Below, one piece after another: positions 37,537-47,992 of a stretch of DNA of 64,000 nucleotides. The DNA lies in contig CAWHIJ010000003.1 of the NCBI GenBank assembly GCA_963829525.1, forward strand, positions 526,632 through 590,631, written 5' to 3'. Both the position numbers and the translations under genes were made by a program. The notes under the pieces were generated by a model, which made no database searches, was not told the origin of the DNA, and was given only the letters and a program-made list of their open reading frames with translations. The DNA comes from an uncultured Actinomycetota bacterium. Its GTDB lineage: Bacteria; Actinomycetota; Actinomycetes; JAHEKZ01. The stretch's first letter is position 1. Each line of letters opens with the position of its first letter.

Positions 37537-38583
37537 ATGACTGAAGCATCCGCCGTCGACTGGGGTTTGGCGCGCACGGTTGCGCGCCGGGTGGGCGGCA
37601 ACGGCCCGACGATCGGCCGCGAGGGTGCGCGGCAGGCTGTCGCAGAGCTGCGTTCGGGTGCCGAGCTTGCGGTAGATGTGGTGCGCGACCTCACTGGCTT
37701 GCACGCCGACGCGGCCCCCGACTCTGTGCGTGTGGTTGACCGCCCTCGTTGGGTCGATGCCAATGCAGCCTCGTTCGCGACCGTGCTTGAGCCACTGACA
37801 CAGCGTTTGCGTCGTGATACCGCCGTCGGCGCCGTTGGCTCACGATTGGCCGGCGCTGAGATTGGTGCTGCCTTGGGATTCTTGTCGTCGCGCGTGCTCG
37901 GGCAGTACGAGCTCTTCACCGCGCCGGCCGCCGAACCCTCGCTGCTGCTCGTCGCGCCCAACATCGTCGATGTAGAGCAGCGTCTGGGCGTGAACGGGTC
38001 TGACTTTCGCCTCTGGGTGTGTCTGCACGAAGAGACGCATCGCGTGCAGTTCACCGCAGTCCAATGGCTGGGGCCGTGGCTGCGCGAACAGATCCTCACT
38101 TCCCTGGATGGTCTGACGGACGAACCGGGTGATCTCGGGAAGCGGCTGCAGCAAGTCTTGGCAGCGGTGATCGGCGCCTTGCGTGGGCTCGACGTCGTGA
38201 AGGCACTTGAGGAGCAGATGTCGGACGAAGACCGCGAGACTCTTGGGCGCCTCACCGCTGTCATGTCGCTGCTCGAAGGTCACGCGGACGTGATGATGGA
38301 CGCCGTTGGTACAGATGTGATCCCCTCCGTCGAGGTTCTGCGACTCCGAGTGTCTGAGCGCCGCTCGAACCCCAAGGCAACGGAAGCCTTCGTACGCCGG
38401 CTTCTGGGAATGGAGGCGAAGCTTGCGCAGTATCGGGACGGCGCTGCCTTCGTGCGGTCCGTGGTCGACGACGTTGGCATGGACGGGTTCAATCTCATCT
38501 GGCAGTCGCCTGACCACTTGCCAACCCGAGACGAGCTGCATGCACCACATGACTGGGTCGCCCGGGTCGCGACAGCGTCATGA
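37537..38583 (+). CDS. Zincin-like metallopeptidase (DUF2342-type; HExxH)
   Basis: The HExxH motif sits in CLHEETHRVQF. The proposed start is ATG 37537, because the longer track ORF overlaps dacB. Confidence 0.6.
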   Translation: MTEASAVDWGLARTVARRVGGNGPTIGREGARQAVAELRSGAELAVDVVRDLTGLHADAAPDSVRVVDRPRWVDANAASFATVLEPLTQRLRRDTAVGAVGSRLAGAEIGAALGFLSSRVLGQYELFTAPAAEPSLLLVAPNIVDVEQRLGVNGSDFRLWVCLHEETHRVQFTAVQWLGPWLREQILTSLDGLTDEPGDLGKRLQQVLAAVIGALRGLDVVKALEEQMSDEDRETLGRLTAVMSLLEGHADVMMDAVGTDVIPSVEVLRLRVSERRSNPKATEAFVRRLLGMEAKLAQYRDGAAFVRSVVDDVGMDGFNLIWQSPDHLPTRDELHAPHDWVARVATAS

Positions 38584-39584
38584 GCGGGCCGCACCCGGCA
38601 GTCGCGCAGGTGCGACGTGCGGTGCGTGCAGCGCTGGCTGACATCGCCCCAGGTTCGTATGTGCTTGTTGCCGCCAGCGGCGGCGCAGACTCCATGGCAT
38701 TGGCCGCGGCTACCACCTTCGAGTCGGGTTCGGGCGGATGGCGATGTGCGGCGGTAGTGGTTGACCATCAACTGCAAATGGAGTCGGGAGTGGTTGCGCG
38801 GCGGACCGCCGAAGTACTGACCGGACTGGGCTTCGAAACCGTTCGCGTCGAAGCTGTCCAGGTCGGGTCGCACGGTGGCCCCGAGGCCGCTGCACGCGCG
38901 GCGCGATATGCGGCGATCGATACGGCAGCTGATGAGCTCGATGCCGCTGCGGTACTTCTCGGGCATACCCGTGACGACCAGGCTGAATCGGTTCTGCTCG
39001 GGCTGACTCGCGGTTCTGGAGCGCGATCTATCAGTGGCATGGCACCCCTGCGGGGGCGTTACCGCCGTCCGCTGCTCGACGTCGACCGGGCGACGACGCG
39101 GGCAGCCTGTGGCGCCGAAGGGGTCGAGGTGTGGGATGACCCCCACAACGACGATCGCGCATTCACCCGGGTGCGGTTGCGTCATCAGGTGATGCCAGTC
39201 CTCGAGCGGGAGCTGGGTCCTGGTGTCTCTGTTTCCCTCGCGCGCACTGCTGAGCTGCTGCGCGAGGACGACGCCGCGCTTGAACAGTGGGCTGACGAGG
39301 TGAGGGCTGCAGCGCGGTGTACAGACGACGAGGGCAAGGATGCTCTTGATGTGGAGGTGCTCGTCCGAGCCCCCGCGGCGGTACGGCGACGGGTCCTCCG
39401 CGCCGAGGCGCTCGACTCTGGTGTGTCAGGGGGAGACCTTCGGGCGTCCCAGCTGTCCGATATCGACGCGTTGGTGACCCGGTGGAAGGGGCAGGGCGCG
39501 GTCCACCTGCCGGGCGGTGTCCGCGCCACCCGAGACTGTGGCAGGCTCCAACTCGCGCCGCAGCAAGCGGCCGAGCGCCGGTAG
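38580..39584 (+). CDS. tilS: tRNA(Ile)-lysidine synthetase
   Basis: The PP-loop motif VLVAASGGADSMAL is present. It overlaps the upstream stop by 4 nt. Confidence 0.85.
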   Translation: MSGPHPAVAQVRRAVRAALADIAPGSYVLVAASGGADSMALAAATTFESGSGGWRCAAVVVDHQLQMESGVVARRTAEVLTGLGFETVRVEAVQVGSHGGPEAAARAARYAAIDTAADELDAAAVLLGHTRDDQAESVLLGLTRGSGARSISGMAPLRGRYRRPLLDVDRATTRAACGAEGVEVWDDPHNDDRAFTRVRLRHQVMPVLERELGPGVSVSLARTAELLREDDAALEQWADEVRAAARCTDDEGKDALDVEVLVRAPAAVRRRVLRAEALDSGVSGGDLRASQLSDIDALVTRWKGQGAVHLPGGVRATRDCGRLQLAPQQAAERR

Positions 39585-39599
39585 CGGGAAGGCGGCACC

Positions 39600-40178
39600 G
39601 TGGATGCCAACGACATGGGCGACGATCTCGCCGCTGTGCTGGTCGACGCCGACCGGATCCAGGTTCGGCTGCGCGAGCTGGCGGCGGAGATCGATCGCGA
39701 CTACGCGGGGCGTGAACTGCTGCTTGTCGGCGTTCTGAAGGGAGCCGTGATGGTCATGGCCGACCTTGCCAGAGCGCTGCACACGCCGGTCGAGATGGAC
39801 TGGATGGCGGTGTCCTCGTACGGGTCCGGCACCCGCTCGAGCGGTGTTGTGCGCATCATCAAGGATCTCGATGCCGATCTCACCGACCGGCATGTGCTCG
39901 TGGTCGAGGACATTGTGGACTCCGGCCTGACGCTGTCCTGGTTGCTGCGCAACCTCTCCTCACGCGGCCCAGCATCCCTCGAGGTCTGCACGCTTCTGCG
40001 TAAGCCGGACGCTCAGAAAGGTCAACGAGGCAAGGGAGGGCCAACGCCGGTGAAGTATGTAGGTTTCGACATACCCCCAGAGTTCGTGGTGGGCTACGGG
40101 CTCGACTACGCCGAGAAGTACCGGTCGCTGCCATTCGTCGGCAGCCTCGCTCGCCATGTGTACCGCCCCGGAGGCTGA
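39600..40178 (+). CDS. hpt: Hypoxanthine-guanine phosphoribosyltransferase
   Basis: The PRPP-binding motif [15 protein letters not shown] is present, and the 192-aa size fits. Confidence 0.9.
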   Translation: MDANDMGDDLAAVLVDADRIQVRLRELAAEIDRDYAGRELLLVGVLKGAVMVMADLARALHTPVEMDWMAVSSYGSGTRSSGVVRIIKDLDADLTDRHVLVVEDIVDSGLTLSWLLRNLSSRGPASLEVCTLLRKPDAQKGQRGKGGPTPVKYVGFDIPPEFVVGYGLDYAEKYRSLPFVGSLARHVYRPGG

Positions 40179-40302
40179 TCGCTGGCGGCGAACGCGGGGC
40201 CATCTGGCCTTCCTGTGGGCGCGCACTCAAGTGCGGCGGTGTACCGTCGAACTCCCAAGTCTTCCCCGGTAGCAGGAGGTCCAGGGCGCCTGCGCCCCCG
40301 CC

Positions 40303-42303
40303 ATGAACATCAAGCGTATCGTCCGCGGCCCGATTTTCTGGATCGTTGTGGTCGTCATGCTGGCCCTTGTCCTCGCCCAGGTGATGACTGCTGCCGGCGG
40401 CTACGAGAAGAAAGACACCTCAACGGTGATCGCCGCGATCCAGGACGGCGATGCTGCGCAGGTCACGCTGATCGACCTCGACCAGGAGGTCCGCGTCGAG
40501 CTGGCCAACGGCGACAAGATCAAGGCCAACTACATCGCCCAGCAGGGAGACCTGCTCGCTAAATTGGTGCAGGATGTGCCACCGCCCGACGGTCAGATCT
40601 CTGAGGTGCCGGCGCAGGGTTGGTTGGTGACACTGCTCTTCACCTTCGGTCCGATCATCTTGATCCTGGGGCTGCTGTTCTTCTTCATGACGCAGATGCA
40701 GGGCGGTGGCTCGAGAGTCATGAACTTCGGCAAGTCCAAGGCAAAGATGGTCAACAAGGACATGCCCAAGACCACCTTCAGCGATGTGGCCGGGGCCGAC
40801 GAGGCCGTCGAGGAGCTCGAGGAGATCAAAGAGTTCCTGCAAGATCCGGCGAAGTTCCAGGCGGTTGGAGCCAAGATTCCCAAGGGGGTCCTTCTATATG
40901 GCCCGCCCGGGACCGGCAAGACGTTGCTGGCTCGCGCGGTTGCAGGGGAGGCGGGAGTTCCCTTCTACTCGATCTCCGGATCGGACTTCGTCGAGATGTT
41001 CGTTGGGGTGGGTGCCTCGCGCGTCCGGGACCTCTTTGAACAGGCTAAAGCCAACGCCCCCGCCATCGTCTTCGTCGACGAGATTGACGCGGTCGGGCGC
41101 CACCGCGGTGCTGGACTTGGTGGTGGCCACGATGAGCGGGAACAGACACTGAACCAGCTGCTCGTCGAGATGGATGGGTTCGACGTCCAGGGCGGCGTCA
41201 TCTTGATCGCCGCCACCAACCGCCCCGACATCCTCGACCCGGCGCTTCTGCGTCCAGGGCGGTTCGATCGTCAGATCGCCGTTGAGCGCCCCGACCTCGC
41301 CGGGCGCCAGCAGATCCTCGAAGTCCACGCCAAGGGCAAGCCGCTGGCTGAGGGCGTCGATCTCGTAGCCGTCGCGCGACGAACGCCTGGCTTCACCGGG
41401 GCTGACCTCGCCAACGTGCTCAACGAGGCGGCGTTGTTGACCGCGCGCGTTGGCAAGACGCTGGTCGATGACGATGCACTCGATGAGGCGATTGACCGAG
41501 TTGTTGCTGGCCCGCAGAAGCGCACCCGCCTGATGAACGAGAAGGAAACGAAGATCACCGCCTACCACGAAGGTGGGCACGCACTGGTGGCGGCGGCTTT
41601 GAACAACACCGACCCGGTGCACAAGGTGACAATTCTTCCCCGTGGACGTGCCCTCGGCTACACGATGGTCCTCCCCACGGAAGACAAGTACTCCACCACA
41701 AGAAACGAGATGCTCGACAAGCTTGCCTACATGCTCGGTGGGCGCGCGGCCGAAGAGATGGTCTTCCACGACCCGACCACGGGCGCGTCGAACGACATCG
41801 AGAAGGCCACACAGCTGGCCCGAGCGATGGTCATGCAGTACGGAATGAGTGACAAGGTGGGGGCCGTTCGCCTCGGTGAAGGTGAAGGCGAGATCTTCCT
41901 TGGGCGAGACATGGGTCACAAGCGTGACTACTCCGAGCAGATGGCCGAAGTGATCGACGGTGAGGTGCGCACGTTCCTCGAGACTGCGCACCAAGAGGCG
42001 TACGAGATCCTCAGTGAGAACCGCGACGTGCTCGACCGACTGGTTGTCGAGCTTCTCGACCGTGAGACTTTGGACCAGAGTGAGGTGGCAGAGATCTTCA
42101 GCGACCTCCACAAGCGTGACTACCGCGAGGTCTGGCTCTCGTCGACAGATCGTCCGGTGTCCGACCGTGGACCGGTGCGAAGCCGTAAGGAACTTGCCGG
42201 CGAGAACGGCCATGGTGCAGTGGGTTCGCCAAATGGCTCGACCGCTGGCGATGTCCCGGCGTCCGGTGGAATCGTGGGCGGCCAGTCCGAGTCGGACGGG
42301 TAG
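40303..42303 (+). CDS. ftsH: ATP-dependent zinc metalloprotease FtsH
   Basis: Two N-terminal transmembrane segments are followed by the AAA motifs GPPGTGKT and DEIDAVG and the protease HEGGHAL motif. An acidic/Gly-rich C-terminal tail follows. Confidence 0.95.
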   Translation: MNIKRIVRGPIFWIVVVVMLALVLAQVMTAAGGYEKKDTSTVIAAIQDGDAAQVTLIDLDQEVRVELANGDKIKANYIAQQGDLLAKLVQDVPPPDGQISEVPAQGWLVTLLFTFGPIILILGLLFFFMTQMQGGGSRVMNFGKSKAKMVNKDMPKTTFSDVAGADEAVEELEEIKEFLQDPAKFQAVGAKIPKGVLLYGPPGTGKTLLARAVAGEAGVPFYSISGSDFVEMFVGVGASRVRDLFEQAKANAPAIVFVDEIDAVGRHRGAGLGGGHDEREQTLNQLLVEMDGFDVQGGVILIAATNRPDILDPALLRPGRFDRQIAVERPDLAGRQQILEVHAKGKPLAEGVDLVAVARRTPGFTGADLANVLNEAALLTARVGKTLVDDDALDEAIDRVVAGPQKRTRLMNEKETKITAYHEGGHALVAAALNNTDPVHKVTILPRGRALGYTMVLPTEDKYSTTRNEMLDKLAYMLGGRAAEEMVFHDPTTGASNDIEKATQLARAMVMQYGMSDKVGAVRLGEGEGEIFLGRDMGHKRDYSEQMAEVIDGEVRTFLETAHQEAYEILSENRDVLDRLVVELLDRETLDQSEVAEIFSDLHKRDYREVWLSSTDRPVSDRGPVRSRKELAGENGHGAVGSPNGSTAGDVPASGGIVGGQSESDG

Positions 42304-42308
42304 GCGTC

Positions 42309-42920
42309 GTGGTCGATCCCATCGCGTTGTCCAGTGACGACGTGAGCGCGTTGCCTTTCGACCATGAGCGGGCCGCTGCTGCGATCCGCGAGCTGCTGTT
42401 TGCGATCGGTGAGAACCCTGAGCGTGAGGGGCTCCGGCAGACTCCGGATCGAGTGGCCAGGATGTATGCCGAGACCCTGGCCGGGTTGCGGCTCCGCGCT
42501 GAAGATGTCCTCACCACCACGTTCGACCTCGGCCATGACGAGATGGTGCTCGTCAAGGACATCGAGGTCTACTCACTCTGCGAGCACCACCTCGTGCCGT
42601 TCCACGGTGTGGCGCACGTCGGCTACATCCCGAGTGAGCAGGGCCACATCACGGGGCTGTCGAAGCTTGCGCGGCTCGTCGATGTCTTCGCCAAACGTCC
42701 GCAGGTGCAGGAACGTCTCACCACCCAGATCGCTGATTCGTTGCTCGAGATCCTCGAACCACAGGGCGTGATCGTGGTGCTTGAGTGCGAGCACCTTTGC
42801 ATGTCGATGCGCGGCGTCCGCAAGCCGGGGGCGCGCACCGTCACCTCAGCAGTGCGCGGTCAGCTACGTGACACCGCCACCCGTGCAGAGGCGATGAGCC
42901 TCATCCTCGACTCTCGTTGA
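42309..42920 (+). CDS. folE: GTP cyclohydrolase I
   Basis: It shows the motifs …[14 protein letters not shown]… and …[11 protein letters not shown]…. Confidence 0.92.
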   Translation: MVDPIALSSDDVSALPFDHERAAAAIRELLFAIGENPEREGLRQTPDRVARMYAETLAGLRLRAEDVLTTTFDLGHDEMVLVKDIEVYSLCEHHLVPFHGVAHVGYIPSEQGHITGLSKLARLVDVFAKRPQVQERLTTQIADSLLEILEPQGVIVVLECEHLCMSMRGVRKPGARTVTSAVRGQLRDTATRAEAMSLILDSR

Positions 42921-42960
42921 GGTCGGACACCGCTACCGGCGAGTCCTCTAGGCTCACAGA

Positions 42961-43827
42961 GTGCTCTCCCGTCCCGTCCCCGCCGGGCTGCCGCCATCGC
43001 TGGCTTCAGTTGGTCGCACGGTCGTGATGGCTGTCCTCAACGTGACGCCCGACTCTTTCTCTGACGGAGGTAGGTTTCTCAACTCCGATCGGGCCATCGA
43101 GCGAGGAATGCGCCAGGTCAAGTTGGGCGCGGACTTGATCGATGTCGGAGGGGAGTCGACTAGACCTGGCGCCAAGCGGATCTCAGAGGCAGAGGAGCTC
43201 AGCCGAGTAATTCCCGTCATCGAGACATTGGCTGGTGATGGAGTCTTCGTCTCGATCGACACCATGCGCGCCGGGGTAGCTCGTGCTGCGGTTGCCGCTG
43301 GGGCCATCCTGGTCAATGACGTCTCGGGGGGACTTGCGGACGACGCCATGCTGCCGTTCGTCGCCGAGGCTGGTGTCCCCGTCGTCCTGATGCACTGGAG
43401 GGGTCACAGTGACCAGATGCACTCAAGGGCCGAGTACCCAGGCGGGGTCGTTCGCGAGGTTGTCGACGAGCTCGTGGCGCGGCTGGCGGCGGCCGTTCAA
43501 GCGGGCGTGCCGGCCGATCGCGTCGTGCTGGACCCAGGACTCGGCTTCGCGAAAGAAGGAGAGCACAACTGGGCGCTGCTGGGCTCGCTCGAGAGCCTGA
43601 TCGAGTTGGGTCAGCCGGTGCTCGTTGGTGCCTCCCGGAAGAGGTTCCTCGGCGAGCTGCTCGGTGACGAGGACGGTCCTCGACCCTTGGACGAACGCGA
43701 TGATGCAACGCTGGCAATCACCGCCCTGCTTGCGGCGGCTGGCGCCTGGTGTGTTCGCGTGCACGATGCGCGTGGCAACGTGGATGCGGTGCGAGTCGCT
43801 CAGGCGTGGGAAGCGGGTCAAGCGTGA
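42961..43827 (+). CDS. folP: Dihydropteroate synthase
   Basis: It shows VMAVLNVTPDSFSDGG and DVGGESTRPGA. The true start may be GTG 43024 or ATG 43027. Confidence 0.9.
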   Translation: MLSRPVPAGLPPSLASVGRTVVMAVLNVTPDSFSDGGRFLNSDRAIERGMRQVKLGADLIDVGGESTRPGAKRISEAEELSRVIPVIETLAGDGVFVSIDTMRAGVARAAVAAGAILVNDVSGGLADDAMLPFVAEAGVPVVLMHWRGHSDQMHSRAEYPGGVVREVVDELVARLAAAVQAGVPADRVVLDPGLGFAKEGEHNWALLGSLESLIELGQPVLVGASRKRFLGELLGDEDGPRPLDERDDATLAITALLAAAGAWCVRVHDARGNVDAVRVAQAWEAGQA

Positions 43828-44252
43828 GTAACGATGTGGTTGGAGTTGAGGCGGCCAACGAAGAGCTTTACGCGGCCTTCGAGGCGGGAGACCTCGACCG
43901 GATGACCGCGCTATGGGTAGGCGGACCCGATGGCGCCATGGCCAAGTGCATTCACCCAGGAGGGGCAATCATCCGGGGTGCCGATGCGGTGCTGAGATCG
44001 TGGGCGCTGATCATGGCGAATGCCGACGACATGCAGTTCATCGTTACCGATGTCGAGTGCCTGGTGCAGGATGCAGTGGCCACGGTCAACTGCACCGAGA
44101 TCATCATTCGGCCTGGCGACGGGAGAGACCCGTTCACCTCGAGCCACGCCGTTGCCACGAACGCCTTTATCCGCGTCAACGACCAGTGGCGCATGTGGCT
44201 GCATCATGCGTCGCCTGTCATGGTTGACTCGGGACCAGGTGAGGACACATGA
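43824..44252 (+). CDS. NTF2-like (SnoaL/DUF4440-type) small protein inserted between folP and folB
   Basis: It has the pattern ELYAAFEAGDLDRMTALW…NCTEII…. The GTG start overlaps the folP stop (GTGA). Confidence 0.5.
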   Translation: MSNDVVGVEAANEELYAAFEAGDLDRMTALWVGGPDGAMAKCIHPGGAIIRGADAVLRSWALIMANADDMQFIVTDVECLVQDAVATVNCTEIIIRPGDGRDPFTSSHAVATNAFIRVNDQWRMWLHHASPVMVDSGPGEDT

Positions 44253-44611
44253 GCCCGGACCGCATCGTCGTGCGGGGTATCGAGGCGTATGGCTACCACG
44301 GTGTCCTTCCCGAAGAGCGTCGTCAGGGGCAGCCGTTTGTCATCGACCTCGAGGTGTGCACCGACATGTCGGAGGCTGCTGGGTCTGACGATCTCGCGAA
44401 GACGATTGACTACGCGGCCCTGGCGAATGAAGCGGCGACCATCGTTCGGGGTGCGCCCAGAGACTTGATCGAGACGGTGGCGGTCGAGATCGCCGAGCGA
44501 GTGCTGGCCCGTCAGCGAGTCATCTCTGTGCAGGTGACAGTGCACAAGCCCCAGGCCCCGGTAGGCGTCCCCTTCGCCGATGTCGCTGTCACGGTGGAGC
44601 GATTCAAGTGA
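44249..44611 (+). CDS. folB: Dihydroneopterin aldolase
   Basis: The sequence IVVRGIEAYGYHGVLPEERRQGQPFVIDLE is present and the protein is 120 aa. Confidence 0.9.
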   Translation: MSPDRIVVRGIEAYGYHGVLPEERRQGQPFVIDLEVCTDMSEAAGSDDLAKTIDYAALANEAATIVRGAPRDLIETVAVEIAERVLARQRVISVQVTVHKPQAPVGVPFADVAVTVERFK

Positions 44612-45108
44612 CTGCTCCCGTGCGCGCAGCGTTTGGACTCGGGTCAAACCTCGGTGACCGTCGCGCCCATCTGCAGACGGCGATTGAGACTCTCCGCTCC
44701 GCACCCCAGATTGTCGTGCTCAAGGTGTCACCTTTTGTGGAGACCGACCCTGTGGGTGGACCCGAGCAGCCGGACTTCTTGAATGCAGTCGTCGTCGTCG
44801 ATACGACCCTGCCACCTGCAGCGTTGCTTGATCTGGCGCATCAGTGCGAAAGTGCCGCCCATCGTGAGCGTGTCGAGCGTTGGGGCCCGAGAACCTTGGA
44901 CGTGGATGTTCTGGCATACGGCGAACTGGTGTCCAACGACCCCAAGCTGACACTGCCTCATCCCCGGGCCACCGAGCGCGCCTTCGTCCTGGTGCCTTGG
45001 GCGGCCGTCGATCCTGAGTTCTTTGTCTCTGGTCGTTCGGTGGCTGAATGGGTCGTTGCCGTCGATACCAGCGTTGTCCGGCCGTTTGTGCTGGAGGGGG
45101 ACGTCTGA
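44608..45108 (+). CDS. folK: 2-amino-4-hydroxy-6-hydroxymethyldihydropteridine diphosphokinase (HPPK)
   Basis: The sequences AAFGLGSNLGDR and RWGPRTLDVDVL are present. Confidence 0.9.
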   Translation: MTAPVRAAFGLGSNLGDRRAHLQTAIETLRSAPQIVVLKVSPFVETDPVGGPEQPDFLNAVVVVDTTLPPAALLDLAHQCESAAHRERVERWGPRTLDVDVLAYGELVSNDPKLTLPHPRATERAFVLVPWAAVDPEFFVSGRSVAEWVVAVDTSVVRPFVLEGDV

Positions 45109-45587
45109 TGCATCAGACGTCGTGGCGTCTCTTGGTGACCACTGGTGTGATCGGCTTCGCCGTCGGATTCCTTGGTGCACGGTTCTGGGATCTGTGGACC
45201 GGCTCGCCGCCCGCTGTCCCATGGGCCGCCCCGACGCTGCTGATGGTGCTTGCAGTCGGGTTCGCCGTCGCAGCGTGGGTGCTACGTCCACGGATCCAGC
45301 GCCGTGAGGGCCATCCACCGCTGAACCCCTTCGTTGCAGCGCGAACCGCAGTCCTGGCGATGGCTGGCTCCCGGGCTGGCGCCGCCGTCGCCGGTGTCTA
45401 CCTTGGGTATGCGGGATTCTTGCTGCTCGACCTGGCCAACGACTACCGGCGCCGGATGGTGCTGATCGTCCTCTCGGCGGCCGTAGCCGGCGTCGCACTG
45501 GCCGCCGCTGCCCTGTGGCTTGAGCGGATTTGCCGGATAAAGGGTGACGATGATGAACAGGGTGGGCCAACGTCAGCACCCGCTTGA
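45108..45587 (+). CDS. DUF3180 family membrane protein
   Basis: It has four hydrophobic helices. ATG 45108 overlaps the folK stop. Its position after folK is conserved in actinobacteria. Confidence 0.6.
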   Translation: MHQTSWRLLVTTGVIGFAVGFLGARFWDLWTGSPPAVPWAAPTLLMVLAVGFAVAAWVLRPRIQRREGHPPLNPFVAARTAVLAMAGSRAGAAVAGVYLGYAGFLLLDLANDYRRRMVLIVLSAAVAGVALAAAALWLERICRIKGDDDEQGGPTSAPA

Positions 45588-45653
45588 TCGGCCGGTGGTG
45601 ACCGAGAGTGTCAATCGCCAGTTCTGCTCACCCGTTCGGCGTACCCTGATGCC

Positions 45654-46292
45654 ATGTCACGAGGACGTCATGCGCAGCCAGCGCCCCCCAGTTCCGACAA
45701 ACCACTCCTTGGGCTTGCCCTGCTCATCGCGGCTGGGGTCGTCGTCTCGATTTGGGTCATCGACGACACCTGGACGCTTCAGGTTGGCCTCACAGGAATC
45801 GTGGTCCTGGCGCTGGTCGGTCTCTGGGCCGCCGTACGCTCATCAACTCGCGCCATCGAACAACTGCGGCGCGAGACGCTGGAGCGGCGGCGCGACCTCG
45901 CCGAGACCCAGCGCGAGCTCGCCGAGTTGAAGACGCAGCATGTCGAGCTGCTCCTTGAGCTGCGCGCCGTACGTGACCAAGCAGCTCGCGTCGCTCAGGA
46001 AGCCGCCCAGGCAGCAGCTCAGCTGGCCAGCGACGATGCCGACCAGCGCGCGCTCATCCACCAGTTGACGCAGCCGCGCCAGCCGGTCCTTGACCCGGTG
46101 TACCCGTCGCTGCACCTGCCGTTGGTACGGGCTGCTTTCTCGACCGAGCTCCCCAGCGGCCCGATCGCCACGCCGCGTCCGGCGGCGCCCGGCCTGCAGC
46201 GCGAGTCGACGACCGGTGGAGAAGCCCATCCGCCGCGCCAGCTGCTCGACCTCACGGCCTCCGAGATTGCCAGGCTTCGCCCCGCCAACTGA
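45654..46292 (+). CDS. Membrane-anchored coiled-coil protein (Ala/Arg/Glu-rich), function unknown
   Basis: Two N-terminal transmembrane segments are followed by heptad-like segments such as ETQRELAELKTQHVELLLELRAVRDQ. Confidence 0.5.
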   Translation: MSRGRHAQPAPPSSDKPLLGLALLIAAGVVVSIWVIDDTWTLQVGLTGIVVLALVGLWAAVRSSTRAIEQLRRETLERRRDLAETQRELAELKTQHVELLLELRAVRDQAARVAQEAAQAAAQLASDDADQRALIHQLTQPRQPVLDPVYPSLHLPLVRAAFSTELPSGPIATPRPAAPGLQRESTTGGEAHPPRQLLDLTASEIARLRPAN

Positions 46293-46301
46293 GATGTGGG
46301 G

Positions 46302-47447
46302 TTACTTGTCGACGTCACCGACGACGAAGAACATCGAGCCAAGGATCGCCACCATGTCGGCGACCAGCTGCCCTGGGAGCATCTCGCCTAGTACCTGCAC
46401 GTTGTTGAACGACGCCGAGCGCAGCTTGAGCCGGTACGGAGTCTTCTCGCCCCGTGACACCAGGAAGTAGCCGTTGAGCCCGAGCGGGTTCTCGGTCCAC
46501 GCGTAGGTGTACCCCTCTGGGGCCTTGAGCACTTTGGGCAGGCGCAGGTTGATCGGCCCTTGTGGCAGTTGATCCAGCCGCTCGATGCACGCATCCACGA
46601 GGTCAAGAGAGACGTGGACCTGCTCGCGGAGGACGTCAAAGCGTGCGAAGCAGTCGCCCTCGGTGCGGGTTGGGACACGGAGGACATCCTGCAACTCGCC
46701 GTACGCGAGGTAGGGCTCGTCACGACGCAGGTCGATGTCGACACCGGACGCCCGCGCGATCGGTCCCGAGAGCCCGTACTGGTGAACCTGTTCCTGGGTC
46801 AGGACGCCGACCCCCTGCGTGCGCGCGGCGAAGATCTCGTTGCCGAAGACCAGGCTCTCCAGCTGCGGCAGTCGGTCACGCACGCCGGCGATGGCAGTAC
46901 GTGCGCGGCCGAGCCAGCCGTTGGGGAGGTCCTCTTTGAGCCCGCCGACACGGTTGAACATGAAGTGCATACGACCGCCGGAGATCTCCTCCATGACCTC
47001 CTGGATCGCCTCGCGCTCGCGGAACGCGTAGAACACCGGCGTGATCGCCCCGACTTCAAGGGGGTAGGAGCCGAGGAACATCAGGTGGTTGAGCAGGCGG
47101 TTGAGCTCGGCCAGCAGTGTGCGCGCCCAGACCGCACGCTCGGGCACCTCCATGCCGAGCATCCGCTCGACGGCCAGCACTACTCCTAGCTCGTTGGAGA
47201 ACGCGGACAACCAGTCGTGCCGGTTGGCGAGCATGATGATCTGCCGGTAGTCGCGCACCTCGAAGAGCTTCTCGGCCCCACGGTGCATGTAGCCGATGAT
47301 CGGTTCGGCCGACACGATCCGTTCACCGTCCAGGACCAGCCGTAGGCGTAGGACGCCGTGGGTCGCCGGGTGCTGGGGACCGATATTGAGCACCATGTCG
47401 GTGGCGACGATTCCGCCCCCGGTGCTTATCACTCGCTCCTCGGTCAC
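46302..47447 (-). CDS. NADH-quinone oxidoreductase subunit D (NuoD/Nqo4/NDUFS2) family protein, stand-alone
   Basis: It aligns full-length with the Nqo4 pattern ([18 protein letters not shown]…GYMHRGAEK…[10 protein letters not shown]…[11 protein letters not shown]…FVVGDVDK). The proposed start is GTG 47447, preceded by GGAAGGA. No other nuo genes are in the window. Confidence 0.85.
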   Translation of the reverse strand: MTEERVISTGGGIVATDMVLNIGPQHPATHGVLRLRLVLDGERIVSAEPIIGYMHRGAEKLFEVRDYRQIIMLANRHDWLSAFSNELGVVLAVERMLGMEVPERAVWARTLLAELNRLLNHLMFLGSYPLEVGAITPVFYAFREREAIQEVMEEISGGRMHFMFNRVGGLKEDLPNGWLGRARTAIAGVRDRLPQLESLVFGNEIFAARTQGVGVLTQEQVHQYGLSGPIARASGVDIDLRRDEPYLAYGELQDVLRVPTRTEGDCFARFDVLREQVHVSLDLVDACIERLDQLPQGPINLRLPKVLKAPEGYTYAWTENPLGLNGYFLVSRGEKTPYRLKLRSASFNNVQVLGEMLPGQLVADMVAILGSMFFVVGDVDK

Positions 47448-47488
47448 GGACCGATCCTTCCATGTCGGCCCTGCAACGTGCGGAAGGT

Positions 47489-47992
47489 ATGTTGCCCAGC
47501 ATGAGTATCGATCCATTCGTGGCCGACGCACGAGGCTGGATCCCCGTCAACGCGCGCCTGGCCACCGCACGTCGGCTGATTGCAATGAGCCTGACGACTG
47601 TTGTCACGTTGATCGCAGTCGTTGCGCTTGCTGTGGGTGGCTTGCCTGAGCTCGGCTTTGTTGCCCTGGTGGTCGGTCTTGTGGTCCTGGCTTGGCTTTG
47701 GTGGTTGATCGGACGACAGGTTCGGGCCATCGGGTACTCCGAGCGCACCGATGACTTGATCGTCGTCTCAGGCATCTTGTTCCGTCGACTTGTACTCGTT
47801 CCCTACGGCCGGATGCAGCTGGTCGACGTTCGGCGGGGTCCGGTTGAGCGCTATTTCGGCCTTGCCACCGTCCAGTTGCACACCGCGGCGGCCACGACCG
47901 ATGCCACCATTCCCGGCCTCCCGCCGAATGAGGCCGGCAGACTTCGCGACAAACTTGCTGCGCTGGGCGAACAGCGGAGCGCCGGTCTGTGA
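47489..47992 (+). CDS. PH-domain (bPH_2, YdbS-like) membrane protein
   Basis: Two transmembrane helices are followed by the bPH_2 pattern (…[41 protein letters not shown]). ATG 47489 is preceded by GGAAGG. Confidence 0.65.
   Translation: MLPSMSIDPFVADARGWIPVNARLATARRLIAMSLTTVVTLIAVVALAVGGLPELGFVALVVGLVVLAWLWWLIGRQVRAIGYSERTDDLIVVSGILFRRLVLVPYGRMQLVDVRRGPVERYFGLATVQLHTAAATTDATIPGLPPNEAGRLRDKLAALGEQRSAGL

Noticed and set aside
40894-42213. A 439-aa minus-strand ORF antisense to ftsH, and similar long antisense ORFs at 4369-5352, 8991-9767, 17524-18348, 37368-38264, 38280-39185, 60016-60846 and 60958-61899
   Set aside because: These are the shadow ORFs expected opposite strongly GC3-biased genes. 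Their translations are low-complexity (R/A/G/P-rich) and lack motifs, while the sense-strand genes are unambiguous.
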